Origin: an uncultured Trueperaceae bacterium
GTDB lineage: Bacteria > Deinococcota > Deinococci > Deinococcales > Trueperaceae
Assembly (NCBI GenBank): GCA_963799485.1
Contig: CAWCXJ010000006.1
Location: forward strand, 224,001-288,000
Reading direction: 5' to 3'
DNA: 64,000 nucleotides
Position numbers and translations under genes: made by a program. The notes beneath the pieces are model-generated. The model was not told the origin of the DNA. It saw nothing but the letters and a program-made list of their open reading frames with translations, and ran no database searches. The first letter of the stretch is position 1; the number at the start of each line of letters is the position of its first letter. Positions 58,306 through 64,000 of this stretch are shown here, one piece after another.

Positions 58306-58896
58306 GTGCCCTACCTGAGCGTTTCCCGAACCCATGCGCGTGAAGAGGTGGTCAAGGGCTCACGTTTTATCGCCTACGTCACCCGGGTAAAAAGCGTTGA
58401 CGACGCACACGCAAAACTGGCTGAGGTAAGGGTGCGTCACGCCGAGGCGACCCACAACACCTGGGCGTACCGGGCCGGGGCCGAGCTGCGTTTTTCGGAC
58501 GACGGTGAACCGGGCGGCACTGCGGGCAGGCCGCTGCTGGAGGTGCTGCAAAAACGCGAACTCGACTATGTTCTGGCGGTCGTGACGCGTTACTACGGCG
58601 GCACCAAACTCGGTGCGGGTGGCCTCGTGCGGGCGTACAGCGGGAGTCTCTCCAAAGCGCTCGACGAAGCGGGCGTTTTGGAGGTTCGCAAAACCGTGAC
58701 GCGCACCGTGGCCGCGCCCTTTAGTGACTTGGACGCGGTTCACCGGTTGCTGGACGGGTGGGCGGGTCTGCACAAAGGGGAGGCTGAATACACCGCAGAA
58801 GGGTTGCAGCTGGCTGTCACCCTTTTTGCCGCCGACGAACGTGCGCTTGCCGAGGCGCTGCGTGAAGTGACGCGGGGTGCGGCGTCGTTGGGCTGA
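58306..58896 (+). CDS. YigZ/IMPACT family protein
   Basis: KGSRFIA, ATHNTWAY, SDDGEPGGTAG, VTRYYGGTKLGAGGLVRAY. Confidence 0.93.
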   Translation: MPYLSVSRTHAREEVVKGSRFIAYVTRVKSVDDAHAKLAEVRVRHAEATHNTWAYRAGAELRFSDDGEPGGTAGRPLLEVLQKRELDYVLAVVTRYYGGTKLGAGGLVRAYSGSLSKALDEAGVLEVRKTVTRTVAAPFSDLDAVHRLLDGWAGLHKGEAEYTAEGLQLAVTLFAADERALAEALREVTRGAASLG

Positions 58897-59218
58897 CCCG
58901 TGCGACGTCAACTTGCAAGGTGACTCGAGCCTCGGCATTTACTCCCTTCAACTTTTAACTGCGCCGGGTTCGGGCGGATACAGGTCGAAAATGCGGGGTC
59001 TCTTTCGGCCTTGCTGAACTGCCCCCAAAGCTTGTCAGCTTTGGGATGCGTGAGATGTGAAGGGGTGACCCAAACTTACGCTTCGTCTTATCCTACCGCG
59101 CATTTGAACTTTGCTGTACGGACCTCGTACCTACGGCACCTTCGTTTTTACGCTTCGGTCTGGCAGGCTAGATCACATTGTCTTTTTCGGTACGGCTGAT
59201 CGCCGCTGCAGGAAAAAG

Positions 59219-59669
<451 letters not shown>

Positions 59670-59792
59670 CTAAAGATTCTAGCACGCTGGAGGGGATTGC
59701 CGTTCGCTGAAGCTGCGCTGCTTGGGCTCCGACTCACCGAAGCTGTGGAGCAGGCGCGGGAGAACGGCTGCAACTTTGGCTCCGGCGGGCAT

Positions 59793-59819
59793 AAAAAAAG
59801 CCCCCTGAGCGGGGCTTTT
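59793..59819 (-). terminator. Intrinsic terminator after the BMP gene
   Basis: AAAAGCCCC-CTGAGC-GGGGCTTTT with a T7 tract on the minus strand. Confidence 0.85.
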
Positions 59820-59836
59820 AGAGACACCGGATAAAG

Positions 59837-60955
59837 TTATTGTGTGCGGAAATCGGTTACGACAACCTCGCCGTCGACAATCTGCTGACGGGTCGCCTCG
59901 AGCTCGTCGATTACACTTTGCGGAATAAGCGCTTCGTTGTACTCGTCGACGGCGTAACCCACGCCGTCTTCGGCTAAACCGAGGTTTTGTACGCCGCCTT
60001 CAAAGTTCCCGTCTACCACGTCGTAAACCGCGTTGTAGGCGGCGGTATCGACGCGCTTAAGCATACTCGTCAGGCCGAAGTTCAGAGTCGCCGGGTTACC
60101 GTCGGTATCGCCGCGCGGGTTCTGGTTCGAGTCCACGCCGATGAAAAAGAGCGGTTGGCTGTTGTCGCCACACTTCTGGGTGTAAGCAGCCGGTTTTTCG
60201 AGGTCGGGCAGTACGTCGGCGAGTGGCGACGTGCGCAGTTCACCCTGCGGCTGATAGCACATCGTCTGATTGACGAAATCGATCACACCGTTGCCCGAAG
60301 CTCCGGCTGCGGCGTACATGATATCTGCGCCCTGCGCCCGCTGGGTGGTAGCGAGTTCACGGGCGCGGGCGGGGTCGTTCCAGGCGGCGGGCGTCGAACC
60401 GACGTAGTTCGATAAGACGGTGCAGTCGGGGCAAGCCGCCTTGACGCCTTCTTGATAGCCGAGGTCAAAAGCGCGAATCAGCGGGATATCCATTCCGCCG
60501 ACGAAGCCGACCGTCCCGGTCTGGGTCATCGTTCCGGCGAGGTAGCCGACCAGGTAGCTGCCCTCTTGCTCCTTAAAGAGGACGCTCCGCACGTTCGGGT
60601 TTTCGGCAACCGCGTCGATTAGGACAAAGTTGGTATTGGGAAACTCACTCGAGACCGCCGTAATCGCGTCGGCTTGCAAAAAGCCGGGGGCGAGGATAAG
60701 CTCCGCGCCCTGCGAGGCGATGTTACGTTGCCCTTCGGCGGCGGTGTCGGGGGTGCCTTCAAACTCCAAAACGTCGATAGCGAGGCCGTCTTCTTCTTCT
60801 AGCTCCTGCACGGCCTGCGACAGACCGTTAAACGTCCCTTCGTTAAACGAACCGTCGAACTTGCCTCCGGCGTCGTAGGTAATCCCGAAAACGTAGTCCT
60901 GGGCCGCTGCGAGCGGCAAACCTAGCGCCAGAAGTGATAGCAAAACTTTACGCAT
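59837..60955 (-). CDS. BMP family ABC transporter substrate-binding protein (nucleoside-type)
   Basis: GGKFDGSFNE, FKEQEGSYLVG, GFVGGMDIP, IGVDSNQ, TSMLKRVD; RBS AGGAGG. Confidence 0.92.
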   Translation of the reverse strand: MRKVLLSLLALGLPLAAAQDYVFGITYDAGGKFDGSFNEGTFNGLSQAVQELEEEDGLAIDVLEFEGTPDTAAEGQRNIASQGAELILAPGFLQADAITAVSSEFPNTNFVLIDAVAENPNVRSVLFKEQEGSYLVGYLAGTMTQTGTVGFVGGMDIPLIRAFDLGYQEGVKAACPDCTVLSNYVGSTPAAWNDPARARELATTQRAQGADIMYAAAGASGNGVIDFVNQTMCYQPQGELRTSPLADVLPDLEKPAAYTQKCGDNSQPLFFIGVDSNQNPRGDTDGNPATLNFGLTSMLKRVDTAAYNAVYDVVDGNFEGGVQNLGLAEDGVGYAVDEYNEALIPQSVIDELEATRQQIVDGEVVVTDFRTQ

Positions 60956-61088
60956 GTATCCTCCTAAAAGTATGGGTGAAGCCCATACACGAGTATAGCA
61001 GCCGACGCCGGGCTATTCGCGGGTAGCTCGTTGCGGCTGTCGTTGCGGCGGTCATCATAGCCGTTAAAGTAGCCGATGCGCTAGCGTT

Positions 61089-62346
61089 TTAGGTGCGACG
61101 AACGCGGCCCTTGTCGAGCGCCGTCTCTATCCTTGGTGTCGGCATTCTTGGTGTCGGCTCCGTAACCAGCGAAGGCAGCCGCAACGTGTACGCCTGCCGC
61201 GTCGCCATAAGCGTCAGGAGCGCCCAGACGTACTGCGCGTCCTCGACGTTCGAGGGCAGCATCGACACCACGAGCGCCAGCCAAAAGCATAGATAAAGCA
61301 TCTTTTCAGGTCCCGGCAACTTTAGCAGCGGTCTAAGAACGACCAGGAAGTTGACGATATAAAGACCGAGCCCGATGACGCCCAGCTCGACCAGAACGGT
61401 TAGAAAAGCGTTGTGGGCCGGGGCACCGCGTCCGAGAATGGGTTTGACGGCTTGAGGAAACCCGCCCGTACCGATGCCCAAAATGGGGCTCCCTGTATAT
61501 ACCTGCAGACCGGCCTTCCAGATAGAGCCCCTGCCGGTCAGGTCGCCCTCACTGATTTCGGAAGACGCTTCGGTAAGCCGGGTAAAGTTGGCAAGCGGGA
61601 TGGTCGAAGCGATAAACCCGGCTGAGAGCAGCGCAAAAACAACGACGATCACGCGGCTTTTGGCGGGCAAATGTCCGAACGTCAGCGGTACGACCAAAAG
61701 CCCGGCCAGCGCGACCAGAAAGCCCCCTCTCGAGGCGGTCAAAATAACGGCGAAGATGGCGAGCGGCAGATAGAAGTAGTTGAGCCACCTCAGCAGCCCC
61801 CGCGCCCAAAAGTTGCCTAGATACCACGCCAGCGGCAGCGCAAGTGCGATAGCCGCCGCGACCCCGTTGGGATTTCCGCCTAAAGCGGTGTAGCGTTCCA
61901 TACTCTGCGCCGAGTTCGGGACAAAGGGATTCGTAAGATAATCGAAGGCGATTTTTCCGGCGATAATGTACGCGCCCAGAACATAAGCCTGTAGTAAAAT
62001 CCGGTGGTCTTGTACGTTGCGGCAGAGCTGCCAGATGAGAATCGCCATAATTGCCAGCTGTGCATATATCGCCGCTGCCAAAACTGCGCTCAAAGGATTG
62101 ACGGTGTTCCACAAACTGCCCATCCCCGCCCAAAGCGCGAACGCCACCGTGATAAGCAGGGTAACCGCCGGTACGCGCAGCCGCAGTGTGCCGCGCCGAA
62201 GCGTTGCGCCCAAACCGGCGACGATAAGCGCTAAGCCCACCAGCCTCGAAATCGAGAGCGCGCCCCCGCCGGGCAAAGTAGATGATATCTTGCCAGGGGA
62301 GCGAGAAGAAAAAGATAACGAGCGCGTAAAAACTAAATCGGTTCAC
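61089..62346 (-). CDS. O-antigen ligase/Wzy-like membrane protein, frameshifted near 62275 (pseudogene or sequencing error)
   Basis: NPNG, LTASRGG, LTGRGSIW, PILGIG, AHNAFL..LVELGVIG; the N-terminus MNRFSFYALVIFFFSLPWQDIIY is in a different frame and joins if one T is removed. Confidence 0.85.
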
Positions 62347-62553
62347 AAATTCCCCAGTTCTTTGCCCAGCTGAGCCGCAGTACCGAACCGCAGCACCAAA
62401 CTACAGCATAGTGGGTGCTGCTATAGAGCAGCATAGCGAAAGTGTGGGCTGTTGGAGGTGATGTCTGAGCCTTTAACAGCGCCTCGGGTTCTACCGCCGG
62501 CATCTAGGCTCCAGCATCTAGGGCACTTAATTTTTGTGACCTTCCGACGGTAG

Positions 62554-64000
<1,447 letters not shown>

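Noticed and set aside
62390..62433. Mutually exclusive hairpins (GCAGCA / TGCTGC / GCAGCA) upstream of the O-antigen ligase-like gene
   Set aside because: Stems of 6-8 bp are expected by chance in high-GC DNA and there is no other switch evidence

Overview
High-GC bacterial chromosomal segment. Gene content and order (SLH/S-layer-type protein, pilM-N-O-W-Q followed by aroC-K-B-Q, DUF4384/PEGA protein, sufCBD plus a Rieske ferredoxin) point to Deinococcota, probably Truepera-like (inference). Most of the window is housekeeping and envelope genes: glgP, rnr, sufCBD, aro genes, type IV pilus/competence genes, pdxS, RND and ABC exporters, fumC, rnpB and a partial ligA. Points of interest: (1) a toxin-antitoxin cluster at 48.1-52.2 kb that contains the two ends of a type ISP restriction-modification gene whose core has been replaced by an inverted, lower-GC lipoprotein gene; (2) an antitoxin-RelE-HIT cassette inside the suf operon; (3) a candidate multi-helix structured RNA directly upstream of an uncharacterised protein with a possible nuclease-like fold; (4) a family of heptamer-based palindromic intergenic repeats; (5) strong enrichment of the palindrome CTCGAG; (6) 11-bp-phased direct repeats upstream of several envelope genes; (7) a compositionally mosaic pilQ; (8) three single-base-insertion frameshifts that may be sequencing errors, one of which creates an apparent aroB-aroQ fusion. 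All assignments come from reading the sequence by eye; no database searches were run.
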